A stretch of DNA of 64,000 bases, taken from the IMG/VR virus record IMGVR_UViG_3300010354_000079, positions 1-64,000 of that record; one strand, 5' to 3'. Below, in pieces: positions 17,816 through 26,317 of this stretch. Origin of the DNA: a virus. Both the position numbers and the translations under genes were made by a program. The notes under the pieces are model-generated. The model was not told the DNA's origin. It was given only the letters and a program-made list of their open reading frames with translations, and searched no databases. Position 1 is the first letter of the stretch; each line of letters starts with the position of its first letter.

Positions 17816-18643
17816 TCAGACCGCAGCCATTTCGAGAGCCACTTGCATTGCGCGAGTGTTGATTCCCCGACCGGAACCAAAGTTGGCGTAGTTGATACGA
17901 CCAGCCTCGGTCTTCTTGCTCCGATTAGAGCTGAAATCCGTTACGGCATTGAAGGCGTCGTAGAAGGTCCGCCCTTCGTTGCCGGCACCGTTGTAGAACA
18001 GATCGTTGAGCACTTCGATGTTTCGCATCTTCTCAGCGTCCTTTCGGTACGTCGTCTCAAGGAACGAGCGAAACTGCGAGGAAGTGCACGTGGATTTTGC
18101 GATGGTCTCCACACTCTCGGAGTACTTTTTCATCGCCGTATTCACAAAGTCGACCACCGCCGAGCTTTCCAGAATACGCTCGTTCACACCTTCCGAGTGG
18201 CGAAACTTTTCACCGATGTCGCTGTAAGCCATTGCGAATGTGTTACCGCAGATGACGCGAGTTGCGGTAGGACCGATTGCCACGGAAGCGTTTCCAACGT
18301 GTCCGTTGAGCAGAGTGATCATCGCACGATAATCCTCACCAACAACACGGAATTCCTCGTTCAGCGATGCTTGGATGAAAACGCGAGCACCATTCTGAAG
18401 GTACCCTTGATTGGCAATTGAAAGAACACCTTCAGAGACCATCGGTGAGATCAGGTTGTGAAGGCTTTCGTTCTGAACCGTCTCGTAATTGGCCGAAACG
18501 TAACCGAGGCGAGCGTCGGTGTCATCACGGTGCACGGCGACGAGTTTGGGGTCCGGAACCCATTCCCCTTTGAAGTTCATGCTGGCAACAGCTCGATTGC
18601 TGACGGTCCAGTTGAGGTCGTTGGTGATTGCGAAAGCAGGCAT
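17816..18643 (-). CDS. hypothetical protein (276 aa; phage/plasmid-type)
   Basis: start trimmed to MPAFAITNDL because cassette E8 lies inside the ORF-track N-extension. Confidence 0.5.
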   Translation of the reverse strand: MPAFAITNDLNWTVSNRAVASMNFKGEWVPDPKLVAVHRDDTDARLGYVSANYETVQNESLHNLISPMVSEGVLSIANQGYLQNGARVFIQASLNEEFRVVGEDYRAMITLLNGHVGNASVAIGPTATRVICGNTFAMAYSDIGEKFRHSEGVNERILESSAVVDFVNTAMKKYSESVETIAKSTCTSSQFRSFLETTYRKDAEKMRNIEVLNDLFYNGAGNEGRTFYDAFNAVTDFSSNRSKKTEAGRINYANFGSGRGINTRAMQVALEMAAV

Positions 18644-18667
18644 CGGTTTCTTGAGCTTGTTACCTAA

Positions 18668-18735
18668 GTAGTTTAGCGGGAATCGAGGCGAAGGCAAAGG
18701 GGGTAAACCGCCCTCCTGAGGGGCGGCTTTCACCC
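18668..18735 (-). promoter_or_regulatory. cassette E8 (type B; -35 TTTGCC, -10 TAAACT)
   Basis: GGGTGAAAGCCGCCCC-N-GGGCGGTTTACCCCCTTTGCC-N17-TAAACT. Confidence 0.45.
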
Positions 18736-18933
18736 TTGGGCAGCTAGGCAGCTATCGTACACTTCGAGAAGGTGGGCCATTGCATCCTCTGCTTCCTCCA
18801 GTGTGGAGAAGACAGGGGAAATGTTTTCACAAGAGTACGAAAATTCGCCGAGTTTTACGGTTTCCTGCAGAAACCAATTCCCGGAGACCGGATCAAAGCG
18901 AATGGAGACCTGGATTGTGGGATTGACTTTCAT
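18730..18933 (-). CDS. hypothetical protein (67 aa)
   Basis: ATG immediately after TATACTtatagt of element E9. Confidence 0.4.
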   Translation of the reverse strand: MKVNPTIQVSIRFDPVSGNWFLQETVKLGEFSYSCENISPVFSTLEEAEDAMAHLLEVYDSCLAAQG

Positions 18934-19002
18934 ACTATAAGTATAGCCCCATCCCCCGAAAAAGTATAGGACGGGAAACCGTACCCGAGGTACGGGAAAC
19001 CC
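18934..19002 (-). promoter_or_regulatory. cassette E9 (variant repeats GGGTTTCCCGTACC / GTACGGTTTCCCGTCC; TATACT)
   Basis: TATACTtatagtATG. Confidence 0.45.
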
Positions 19003-19005
19003 TAC

Positions 19006-19314
19006 TCAGCCAGCTTGCTCTCTCTTTTTTCTGGCTCGCTCTCGAAGTTCACGCGCGAGTCTTTGAATTGACCTATTATGTTTTCTTCCGCCTGCCATTA
19101 AGCGAGCGGCGTGTTGTTCGTCTTCTGAAGCTTCAGTCTTAAGCTTTGTAGGGTTCACCGGAATGTTCGGGGGAAGGCATTTTCCTGCCGTTCCGAAGCT
19201 GGACCCATCTGGGCGAACGCAGCGTGTGAAATCGTAGTTTTCAGCTTCGCTGAAGTTTTCGGACGCCAAGTGATGGAAAATTTGTAGGCTCTCTTCTGAG
19301 AAAGATCCTTGCAT
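19006..19314 (-). CDS. N-module family protein (short, basic C-terminus)
   Basis: MQGSFSEESLQIF...YDFTRCVRPDGSSFGTAGKC shared with five other loci. Confidence 0.5.
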   Translation of the reverse strand: MQGSFSEESLQIFHHLASENFSEAENYDFTRCVRPDGSSFGTAGKCLPPNIPVNPTKLKTEASEDEQHAARLMAGGRKHNRSIQRLARELRERARKKREQAG

Positions 19315-19352
19315 TTTAAGAGGGTGATCTATTAGATTTTACCCTTTCGCAA

Positions 19353-19544
19353 TCACTCTCGAGCCCACCACTGGGTGCATCTTTGAGAGCACTTTAGCTC
19401 TGAGACGGGATAATCCATACCTTTTCGGAAAGCATTCTTTTGAACTTCCGGCGGGTCGTCCCCGGATATCAACGATCTGGTCTCGGCTTTCGCTGAGCTT
19501 AAAAAGAGAAAAGCTGTAACAAGAATAACGAAGAAAGTCCTCAT
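19353..19544 (-). CDS. small secreted protein (signal peptide)
   Basis: MRTFFVILVTAFLFLSSAKA signal-like N-terminus. Confidence 0.4.
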   Translation of the reverse strand: MRTFFVILVTAFLFLSSAKAETRSLISGDDPPEVQKNAFRKGMDYPVSELKCSQRCTQWWARE

Positions 19545-20110
19545 GACAAACCGAGATTGCGTAAAAAGCTTAGAATCCTTTGAAAAAGATTCTGTGGTTT
19601 CTTCCAGAGGGTTAAGGATTCGAGTTCGTCGACGGAGGCTTCGTCAGCCCAAAGCTGGAAAGATACTGTGTCTAGTGCTAAGATTTCTTCAATCTTGCTT
19701 ATAGGGGGAGTGGGAGCTATTAGAACTGGTTTGGTGGAGGCTAATCGTCCAAAGTCTTTCTTGTTTTCGCCAGCTGAGGAGTGAACTTGCTTCACCTTCC
19801 GAATTGCGTCGAGGCGAATACCATAGTGAGAGATTTTGTTTTCTCGCCTCATTCGGTCTTCTTCTGAGAGCCCCCTCTCGTCAAACTCGGCCCACTCCTT
19901 CCGTATAAAGCTAATAAACTCCACCTCCTCGTCGGTCCAGATTTCACTCTCCCCACTGTAGAAAACAAGAGTAGTGGATTCGGTCCGTGGGTCGTAAAAA
20001 GAGGATTTAACTTTTTTCTTGGCTAGATCCTGAGTTTGTTCGTTGAACCCTCCAGGAACGTTCACAATCCGAGGCACCGGAGATCCTGGAACATCTGTGA
20101 AGTAGTCCAT
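19541..20110 (-). CDS. hypothetical protein (189 aa)
   Basis: ORF track; ATGA overlap. Confidence 0.45.
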   Translation of the reverse strand: MDYFTDVPGSPVPRIVNVPGGFNEQTQDLAKKKVKSSFYDPRTESTTLVFYSGESEIWTDEEVEFISFIRKEWAEFDERGLSEEDRMRRENKISHYGIRLDAIRKVKQVHSSAGENKKDFGRLASTKPVLIAPTPPISKIEEILALDTVSFQLWADEASVDELESLTLWKKPQNLFQRILSFLRNLGLS

Positions 20111-20159
20111 TCTGCAGTCTAGGGCACTGACCTAAGCTTAGGGTTAAGCTGATATGAAC

Positions 20160-20272
20160 GGAACCGGCAGGACTCGAACCTGCAACCTCTCCTTTAACCT
20201 AGGGATTTGTACTGCTGATGTATCTTTGACAAGATAGCTTTATAGCGCTCTATCCAGTTGAGCTACGGTTCC
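20160..20272 (-). ncRNA. elongated tRNA-like gene f (~113 nt)
   Basis: acceptor GGAACCG/CGGUUCC, D-arm GCUC-AACUGGAUA-GAGC, T-arm GCAGG-UUCGAGU-CCUGC, with ~45-nt insert containing hairpin UAUCUU-GUCA-AAGAUA and CAGCAG. Confidence 0.5.
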
Positions 20273-20303
20273 AATTGTGATCTGATCTTTCGCTAAGCGA
20301 AAA

Positions 20304-20430
20304 GTCGAAGGGGCAAGATTCGAACTTGCGTATGGCGGTCCCTTTAGCGTATAGTTAATTGCTGAATCATCACTTAACTCGATGATCTTTTTTGCATTAC
20401 CGCTGCCTAACCACTTGGCTACCCTTCGTC
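20304..20430 (-). ncRNA. elongated tRNA-like gene e (~127 nt); anticodon-stem GCGGU/ACCGC brackets a 59-nt segment beginning AAUGCAA
   Basis: acceptor CGAAGGG/CCCUUCG, D-arm GCC-AAGUGGUUA-GGC, T-arm GCAAG-UUCGAAU-CUUGC; insert contains hairpin GAUCAUC...GAUGAUU and CAGCAA. Confidence 0.5.
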
Positions 20431-20435
20431 GGTTT

Positions 20436-20527
20436 TCAAGATGAGTTTTATGCTGGACTTGAACCAGCTAGCACCGGGTGTTTAACACCCGTGCATTATC
20501 CGTTTGTTGGCGGCTGCCTCATCTTTT
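20436..20527 (-). ncRNA. stem-closed structured RNA module d
   Basis: terminal stem AAGAUGAG/CUCAUCUU enclosing CAGCC, hairpin GCACGGGUG-UUAAA-CACCCGGUGC and T-arm-like GCUGG-UUCAAGU-CCAGC. Confidence 0.4.
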
Positions 20528-20546
20528 TCTTTGTTTTGCAAAGAAC

Positions 20547-20663
20547 GCCAAAATCAGGAATCGAACCTGAGCTACCTCCTGAACATGGATTATTGGAGAT
20601 TGCTGTCCGGACCTTATACAAGGTCACCGATTTTTAAGCGTGCTACCACTACACTATTTTGGC
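20547..20663 (-). ncRNA. elongated tRNA-like gene c (~117 nt)
   Basis: perfect acceptor GCCAAAA/UUUUGGC, U8A9, D-arm GUGU-AGUGGUA-GCAC, T-arm UCAGG-UUCGAUU-CCUGA; insert has hairpin GACCUU-GUAU-AAGGUC then GGUCCGGACAGCAA. Confidence 0.5.
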
Positions 20664-20681
20664 TTTAACTTGAGTTAAACA

Positions 20682-20766
20682 AGATGAGTTTGTTATTTTT
20701 GCAAGCGCAAAAGGTTGGAATCGAACCAACAGTATCCAGTTTAGGATGTTGCTGCCTCATCTTTGA
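20682..20766 (-). ncRNA. stem-closed structured RNA module b
   Basis: terminal stem CAAAGAUGAG/CUCAUCUUG enclosing CAGCAA, AUCC-UAAACU-GGAU hairpin and T-arm-like GUUGG-UUCGAUU-CCAAC. Confidence 0.4.
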
Positions 20767-20789
20767 TGAAATTTCCGTCTAACGGAAAT

Positions 20790-20904
20790 TGGGGAAGAAG
20801 GAATCGAACCTCCATCACGTCCGCATGAATGGAATTTGTGTAATTGCTGTCTGTATCTTACCAAGATAACTGAATTACGTGTGCTACCATTGCACCATTC
20901 CCCG
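20790..20904 (-). ncRNA. elongated tRNA-like gene a (~115 nt; C1-A72 mismatch)
   Basis: acceptor CGGGGAA/UUCCCC(A), U8G9, D-arm GUGC-AAUGGUA-GCAC, T-arm GGAGG-UUCGAUU-CCUUC; insert has hairpin UAUCUU-GGUA-AGAUA then CAGACAGCAA. Confidence 0.45.
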
Positions 20905-20932
20905 TTGTTTCCAGATTTGGCTCTGGAGATGA

Positions 20933-21028
20933 AACTAGATGGGAGGCAGACAGAACTGCCTTCTCTCGCACGCGGGAGTTTGGACCACCAAAAAGGAATC
21001 AAACCTAAACTTGCTGTCCCATCTTATC
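20933..21028 (-). ncRNA. stem-closed structured RNA module g
   Basis: terminal stem AGAUGGGA/UCCCAUCU enclosing CAGCAA and T-arm-like GGCAG-UUCUGUC-UGCC. Confidence 0.35.
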
Positions 21029-21039
21029 ATGGTTTAGCT

Positions 21040-21088
21040 AGATGATTTTGTTTTCTACACCAGAAAATAAGAATTGCTGAATCATCTA
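21040..21088 (-). ncRNA. small stem-closed RNA module h
   Basis: stem UAGAUGAUU/AAUCAUCUA enclosing CAGCAAUUC and hairpin UUUUC-UGGUGUA-GAAAA. Confidence 0.3.
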
Positions 21089-21131
21089 AGGTAATGATAG
21101 TGGGGCCTCTAAAGAGTAAACCCCACTACAA

Positions 21132-22595
21132 TCAGTTTGAGAAGACGGAGCCGATGGCGTCGTAACGCTCGGTGTAAACTGTATCCTTCATAGTATCGAT
21201 CGGTGTAACAACCTTGCCGGTGAGCAGAGACTTCAGGGTAGAAGGGCTGCAACCGGAGACTAGGCAGGTTCCCGTGTCGTGCATCTTCATCGGAACGTTC
21301 TCGTAGGAATTCACATTCCAGAACACAAGCTCAGGCATCGAGTATCCCGCTTGGGCGTACTTGATACGGATAGCTTCGAAGTTCGTAACGGAAGCTCCAG
21401 AGCAGCACCGGTCAAACTGCATGTCAGAGACAATAATCAGCTTGCGAGGCATGTCACTCTCGGGAACACTGTTCTTGACCGCTGTGTTCAGCACAAGGTT
21501 GAATACCGCTTGCAAGTCCGTATTCATCTGCCAAGCGGCCTGCGACAGATTCCGAATGCGAGAAGCAATCGTAGCTCCGGTCACGGTCTGCAACTCAGGG
21601 CAAGACGAGAAGGTCAGAAACTTATCCTTCCAGATTCCTGTGTTTCTCTCAGAGATGTACATCGCCAGAGAGATGGAAACTGCCATCGGCGTTCCCCTCA
21701 TGGAACCTGAAACGTCCGCAACAACCAGTCCATTAAACTCTTGACCATCCATGTAGTTCGGCAGAGCCTCCCACATCAGGTTGAGAGTTTGATCGTTGGT
21801 CTCACGTCCAGTTAAATACTTGTCTACGATTTCATAGGGGTACAACGTTCCTGCGTTAATCTTGGCCTCGCCCTTCTCAACCGAGTTGAGGTAGGCTTGG
21901 TAGCGATCTCCGTCACGTTTGGCGAAAGCCTTACGGTACATGAAGCCAGCCCGTGAAGGAAGCTTGCTGTAATCAATTCTTTCCCACTCACGAGCGCACA
22001 TCGCTTGTTCAACGATGCGAATCCTCGTTCGCAGGGCAGCCAGAGCTTTACGGTACTCCCTCGCATTCCAACCCATGGTTGCGGCAATCTTTCGGCCAAG
22101 CCTCCTGGAGTTCTTGCTGGAAGCGTTCACTGAGGGTAGCCACTTGGCTACCAGAGAAACAGGGTTTTCAACTTCGGTGTTCAAGTCAGCCGTAAGCTGA
22201 GCCTTGATCATGTTCAGAGCCGTGTCCCAAACAAGGGTGTTCTCCAGGGAGAGAAGGTCGTCCCAGCGACCGTATTCGGGAATGAGGGAAACCAGCTTGG
22301 CTCCGATGGTAGCATCGCTGCGGACCAGTTCTTGGAACAATTCTCGGAAGATCTTACGCTCTCCTTGACCACCACGAATGTCACGAGCCCAAAAGAGAAT
22401 GCGCGTTGCCGTTTCGGGATCTTCGGCAAACGCTAAGCTGAACAGCTTCATGGCTTGGGCAACGTCATTGCGGCAAGCGGCAATTTTTCCAAACAAGTCC
22501 AGGCACCGAGAACCGGTGGACTTGTAAGCTTTTGCCCCATTGACAGTTGTGGTAGTATTCAATTCGTTTTCGAGTGCGTTCAAAAAAGTTGTCAT
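21132..22595 (-). CDS. Ro60-like RNA-binding protein (TROVE/DUF2828-like module + vWA with MIDAS)
   Basis: C-terminal GLVVADVSGSMRG (DxSxS MIDAS, cf. my recollection of Ro60 DVSASM); N-module PEYGRWDDLLSLEN resembles Ro60 GWSHKDLLRLSH; start trimmed to MTTFLNALENEL. Confidence 0.55.
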   Translation of the reverse strand: MTTFLNALENELNTTTTVNGAKAYKSTGSRCLDLFGKIAACRNDVAQAMKLFSLAFAEDPETATRILFWARDIRGGQGERKIFRELFQELVRSDATIGAKLVSLIPEYGRWDDLLSLENTLVWDTALNMIKAQLTADLNTEVENPVSLVAKWLPSVNASSKNSRRLGRKIAATMGWNAREYRKALAALRTRIRIVEQAMCAREWERIDYSKLPSRAGFMYRKAFAKRDGDRYQAYLNSVEKGEAKINAGTLYPYEIVDKYLTGRETNDQTLNLMWEALPNYMDGQEFNGLVVADVSGSMRGTPMAVSISLAMYISERNTGIWKDKFLTFSSCPELQTVTGATIASRIRNLSQAAWQMNTDLQAVFNLVLNTAVKNSVPESDMPRKLIIVSDMQFDRCCSGASVTNFEAIRIKYAQAGYSMPELVFWNVNSYENVPMKMHDTGTCLVSGCSPSTLKSLLTGKVVTPIDTMKDTVYTERYDAIGSVFSN

Positions 22596-22762
22596 TTTCT
22601 TTCGTCCAAGTTGATTGTTCTTTTTCAAATACAAGGCTGGATCAACTTTGTATAACGGTAGTTTTGTCGGTACAGTGACGTTTGTATTTGGAGTACAATG
22701 TTCTACTGAACCACCGTTCAAAGACAGCATAGTGCGGCTACCCTGGCAGTAAACTCTGCCTC

Positions 22763-23236
22763 TTACCAAGAGGCCTGGTATACAAAGCCCCAGTTCCAGT
22801 TATCTTTGAAATCCTCGTGCGCAAGAATCTTCTCGAGTTTCGCCGAAGTGTATTCGAGTTGGTAGTAATAGTATTCGTCGTAGTCTGTGGAGCCAAAGAA
22901 AAAGCCGGATTTGGTAGGTAGAATGGCTTCTGGCCCCTCGCCAGGTTTATTTTGGGTTTCAAGCGCTAACCTACAGCGAGTCAGGAGATTCTCCAGATCT
23001 TCTCGAGAAACGTGGATATCCTCGCAGTTGTCCTCACCGTCGCCTAAACTGACAAAGTAATTGTGAATCTGATTGGCTTTGCGCCAGTAAACGATTTCCA
23101 CTCGCGTACGAGCAGTTGGGGCGTTATGATGGATAAGACCCGTAAGGCCGAGGCTTTCAGTGATTTTTTCGAACTCCTCTCTATTATCTGAAAGAGATAG
23201 AAATTTTTCTGCAAAAAGGTAAGAGTCAAGTCCCAT
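22763..23236 (-). CDS. hypothetical protein (157 aa)
   Basis: ORF track. Confidence 0.4.
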   Translation of the reverse strand: MGLDSYLFAEKFLSLSDNREEFEKITESLGLTGLIHHNAPTARTRVEIVYWRKANQIHNYFVSLGDGEDNCEDIHVSREDLENLLTRCRLALETQNKPGEGPEAILPTKSGFFFGSTDYDEYYYYQLEYTSAKLEKILAHEDFKDNWNWGFVYQASW

Positions 23237-23259
23237 GTTTGTTTTAGTTTATTGTGTGA

Positions 23260-23460
23260 TTAGCGGAGGTTTTCCACCCCTGCAATTTCTTCCTGAAGAC
23301 GTTCGACAGCTTGTCGGGCCATACCTTCCCAGAATGACGGGTCGAGGGTCAGATTAATTCCCTTTTCTAGCCAATCTTTAAATTGAGCGTTGTGAATAGC
23401 ATCTCGCCCGACTTTCGTGAAGCGGCCACGGGACTCGTTCCAAATTTGTTCAAAGCTCAT
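23260..23460 (-). CDS. hypothetical protein (66 aa)
   Basis: ORF track. Confidence 0.35.
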   Translation of the reverse strand: MSFEQIWNESRGRFTKVGRDAIHNAQFKDWLEKGINLTLDPSFWEGMARQAVERLQEEIAGVENLR

Positions 23461-23499
23461 AGTTGGTTTGTTGTTCAGTACTCTTTTAAATTGAGCGAG

Positions 23500-23925
23500 T
23501 TAATACGTTCCTGGCGACGGTTTTTCAGTTGTATAGCAGTCGCCCTTCTTGAAGAACAAGAGAGGAATCTGACTCTCTTCATACCGTTTGTACCCGATAA
23601 AGTCTCCATCCCAACAATCGACGTGCGGGGAAATCCATTCGAAAAACGCTTCAATCTCTCCTCCGTAGTTCTTAATGTCCCCTTTACCTAGTAGGGACCA
23701 CTGTTTTGAAATTCTATCCCATTCCAAATACTTGCAATGGGTTCTTGGAGTATAGTAGCTGCAGTTACTAAAGAGCATGAACCACCTGTCCGGGTAGCCT
23801 TTCAGAGCTTCTTCCTCAGCCTCAGGATCGAGTTTTCCACACATTGCCTTAAGAACGTGAATCACCTCCTCAGGTGTTTCCCGTTTCAGGTCTACATTCA
23901 CGTAAATCTCAGTGTACATTCCCAT
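23500..23925 (-). CDS. hypothetical protein (141 aa)
   Basis: ORF track. Confidence 0.4.
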   Translation of the reverse strand: MGMYTEIYVNVDLKRETPEEVIHVLKAMCGKLDPEAEEEALKGYPDRWFMLFSNCSYYTPRTHCKYLEWDRISKQWSLLGKGDIKNYGGEIEAFFEWISPHVDCWDGDFIGYKRYEESQIPLLFFKKGDCYTTEKPSPGTY

Positions 23926-23984
23926 TTTATCATCCTCAAGTGGTTAAGTGGCGCACCACTTGCGTAATGCGCCCGACCCTTAAA

Positions 23985-24839
23985 TCACTTATCCGTCAAA
24001 CCTCCGGGGAGAAAGTCCATCTTGGCACCATTGATGATAACCATCTTTTGAATGGAACCATTCGCAAAGGCAGCTTTGAGAATCTCATTTCGCTGATACT
24101 CAAGCGATTGACTCGTTACAGTAGAAGCAAGAGCTTTATTCTCTTCTGCTTTCAATTGTGCGGTTTCGGTTTTCACTTGTTGCTCTTTGAGAGCGGATTG
24201 TGCGGCAACCACACGATTGACCGAAGCAACAAGGTCGTCTGGGAGGTCGGCCTTTCCGACGATAATGGAGTCTACAGTAATTTTACCTTCGAGTCCATTT
24301 TTCTTGAGGGCTTCACCAAGATTGCTCTTGATCGTGTCCTGAATTTGCTCAAGGCTGCTATTCACAGAAAGAGCGGGAAACTCGTCTACAGACTGATTCA
24401 CTGCGGACGTAATCAGTCGGGAGATATAGCTAGCCATCAACTGAACCTGACCGTTTTCACCGATTCCGTGATTGGTCATGTCGTAGCTGGTGTAGAACTC
24501 GTAGATAGAGTTCGGGTTGATGCTGTATGTGACGGTAACATCCATCTCTTTCATGATGGTGTTATCCTTCGTTTTCGGTCGCAGATCGTTAGCGGTCACG
24601 GTGATCTTACGAGTGTTGAACACCTTGATCGACCCAAAACCGTCGTACTTGATACCGGGAGTCAGAACTTCGTTCTTAACTTGCCCGTCGAAACCGACGT
24701 AGAGACCGTTCTCACCAGTGCTAATGGTTGTAAACTGGCCTGCAGTGAGAGTGATACCGAGGACGATTGCCCCAACGCCAACGGCGACTTTTGTGAGTGA
24801 CATGTTTTTGTTTGTTTTGACTGAAGGTTTAGCTTTCAT
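23985..24839 (-). CDS. SPFH/band-7 (prohibitin/HflC-like) membrane protein
   Basis: N-terminal TM (VAVGVGAIVLGITL) followed by SPFH-like domain and coiled-coil tail. Confidence 0.55.
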   Translation of the reverse strand: MKAKPSVKTNKNMSLTKVAVGVGAIVLGITLTAGQFTTISTGENGLYVGFDGQVKNEVLTPGIKYDGFGSIKVFNTRKITVTANDLRPKTKDNTIMKEMDVTVTYSINPNSIYEFYTSYDMTNHGIGENGQVQLMASYISRLITSAVNQSVDEFPALSVNSSLEQIQDTIKSNLGEALKKNGLEGKITVDSIIVGKADLPDDLVASVNRVVAAQSALKEQQVKTETAQLKAEENKALASTVTSQSLEYQRNEILKAAFANGSIQKMVIINGAKMDFLPGGLTDK

Positions 24840-24848
24840 AATCGTTTC

Positions 24849-25013
24849 GGCTTAGTTTCGGGAGAGGGATGCCATAAGAAAAAGCGTACCGAGCAACAAA
24901 AGAAGGAAAGCCGGAATTAGCTTTAAAAAGAACATCACAGGAAGACCTCTCAAAAGAAGGACTACCAAAACCAGAGCGACCCCGAAGAGTCCTTCGACAA
25001 TTCTTCCCACCAT
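24849..25013 (-). CDS. small membrane protein (54 aa), possible NfeD-like partner of the SPFH protein
   Basis: MVGRIVEGLFGVALVLVVLLLRGLPVMFFLKLIPAFLLLLLGTLFLMASLSRN; TGATG overlap with upstream stop; replaces track ORF 24829..25065 (other frame). Confidence 0.4.
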
Positions 25014-25339
25014 CAGGCCGCCTTCCACTCAATGTTTTCCCGGATTTCGACGCTTTCGAAACCATCGTACTCGGTCACTCGAAAGAGTGACCCTTCGGGA
25101 ATCCACTTCACGCAAAGCTGGTCCGCTGCCCCCGTGTAAGCGTCAGGGTAGACCGATTCTACGTATTGAGGAATTCTTTCGTTCTCATTATGCAAGACCA
25201 TCTCAACGAGAGTAGGGTCAAATAGCATAAAGTGTTCCATTTCATCGCCCGAAATTCCGTTCCAGGTACTCCACCCTGCGCCCCATCCAGGGGCATATAC
25301 GACAGCGACTTTTTCGTCTCGAATTACCTTGTTTTTCAT
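25013..25339 (-). CDS. hypothetical protein (108 aa)
   Basis: ORF track. Confidence 0.4.
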   Translation of the reverse strand: MKNKVIRDEKVAVVYAPGWGAGWSTWNGISGDEMEHFMLFDPTLVEMVLHNENERIPQYVESVYPDAYTGAADQLCVKWIPEGSLFRVTEYDGFESVEIRENIEWKAA

Positions 25340-25539
25340 TAGGCTGTCAGAAGAATGAACATTTCTTTTTGATCGTAAGACTGGGAAAGATGAAGACCCT
25401 CTTTTCGGAGAATTTCGAGGGCTTGAAGGTCACCACGAGCCATTAGTTTCTCGCACTGGTTGGCGATGTCCCAGAGCCGAATTCCAACGGCTTCTTCAAG
25501 GGAGAAGCCTGTCACTCGCTGATACTCATCTTCATTCAT
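25339..25539 (-). CDS. hypothetical protein (66 aa)
   Basis: ORF track. Confidence 0.3.
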   Translation of the reverse strand: MNEDEYQRVTGFSLEEAVGIRLWDIANQCEKLMARGDLQALEILRKEGLHLSQSYDQKEMFILLTA

Positions 25540-26266
25540 GTCTAATCTTCACAAGTGACTTTTCTTCAACATCCCAGAGGCACAGGTGTGCTTCTTCCGG
25601 GTTAGAGTCTTCAAGGCATGAACCGCCCATACCACCGTCCAGGACGAGGCTCTTCTCGCTGACGTGGACGTGATGGTAGTGACCGGCAACGCGAACCCAG
25701 TCTCGGTCGGATTCTTCTTCCCACCAAAATACACGAGTCTCGTCTTGCGGCCAAACCGATCCCGGTCGGCGAGGGCCAAAGAGCATATAGTCGGCAGCTT
25801 TCCGAGTAACTTGCTCTACGTAGTAAACACCTTCGTAAGGGGGGACGAGAAGCCAACGAGGAAACATTGCGTGAGCGCAACGGTATTCGGTTTCCCTGGA
25901 ATCCTGAAAAACAACGCCATAGGGGAACGAGTTGAGCCACTCGCCGACTTCTTCTAAGGGAATTCCAGCCTCCTTAAAGTCGGAAAGAGTCTTGTTAATG
26001 GAGGTATCCAGGTGGACATTGTTTCCGCGAATGTACCTCTCGAGCTTGTTTTGGTGATTGCTACGTAGAATTACTGCTCCCCTTTCTGTAGCTGCGCGGG
26101 CTTCGCGGTAAACTTCTGCGCTGTAGCTTTCCTCGACTCGGGAGTCGAAGAGGTCGCCAAGGAGGAGTGGAACTTTGCCATTTTCCTCACAGTAGGTCAG
26201 AGCCTGCAGGAGGGGCTCGATTTGAGAGTGTATGTCGCCGATGATGGCGAAGTTCGGTCCGTTCAT
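25532..26266 (-). CDS. calcineurin-like metallophosphoesterase (paralog of 33488..34213)
   Basis: GDIHS, GDLFDS, SNHQ motifs; downstream of cassette E10. Confidence 0.6.
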   Translation of the reverse strand: MNGPNFAIIGDIHSQIEPLLQALTYCEENGKVPLLLGDLFDSRVEESYSAEVYREARAATERGAVILRSNHQNKLERYIRGNNVHLDTSINKTLSDFKEAGIPLEEVGEWLNSFPYGVVFQDSRETEYRCAHAMFPRWLLVPPYEGVYYVEQVTRKAADYMLFGPRRPGSVWPQDETRVFWWEEESDRDWVRVAGHYHHVHVSEKSLVLDGGMGGSCLEDSNPEEAHLCLWDVEEKSLVKIRHE

Positions 26267-26270
26267 AAAC

Positions 26271-26316
26271 CTACTATAGCCGCCTGGGCCAAGGAAGTAA
26301 AGGGCGGGTTACCGCC
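26271..26316 (-). promoter_or_regulatory. cassette E10 (type A)
   Basis: GGGCGGTAACCCGCCCTTTAC...TATAGT upstream of phosphoesterase gene. Confidence 0.5.
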
Positions 26317-26317
26317 C

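Noticed and set aside
20991-21010. GGUUUGAUUCC as an additional tRNA T-arm
   Set aside because: No complementary 5-bp stem flanks it and no acceptor pairing is present. It is treated as part of module g.
20160-21090. Group I/II self-splicing introns or hammerhead ribozymes in the tRNA-like array (GAUGA motifs)
   Set aside because: The inserts are only 45-60 nt, far too short for group I/II introns. There is no CUGAUGA...GAAA hammerhead core. The GAUGAG segments instead pair with downstream CUCAUC to close stems.
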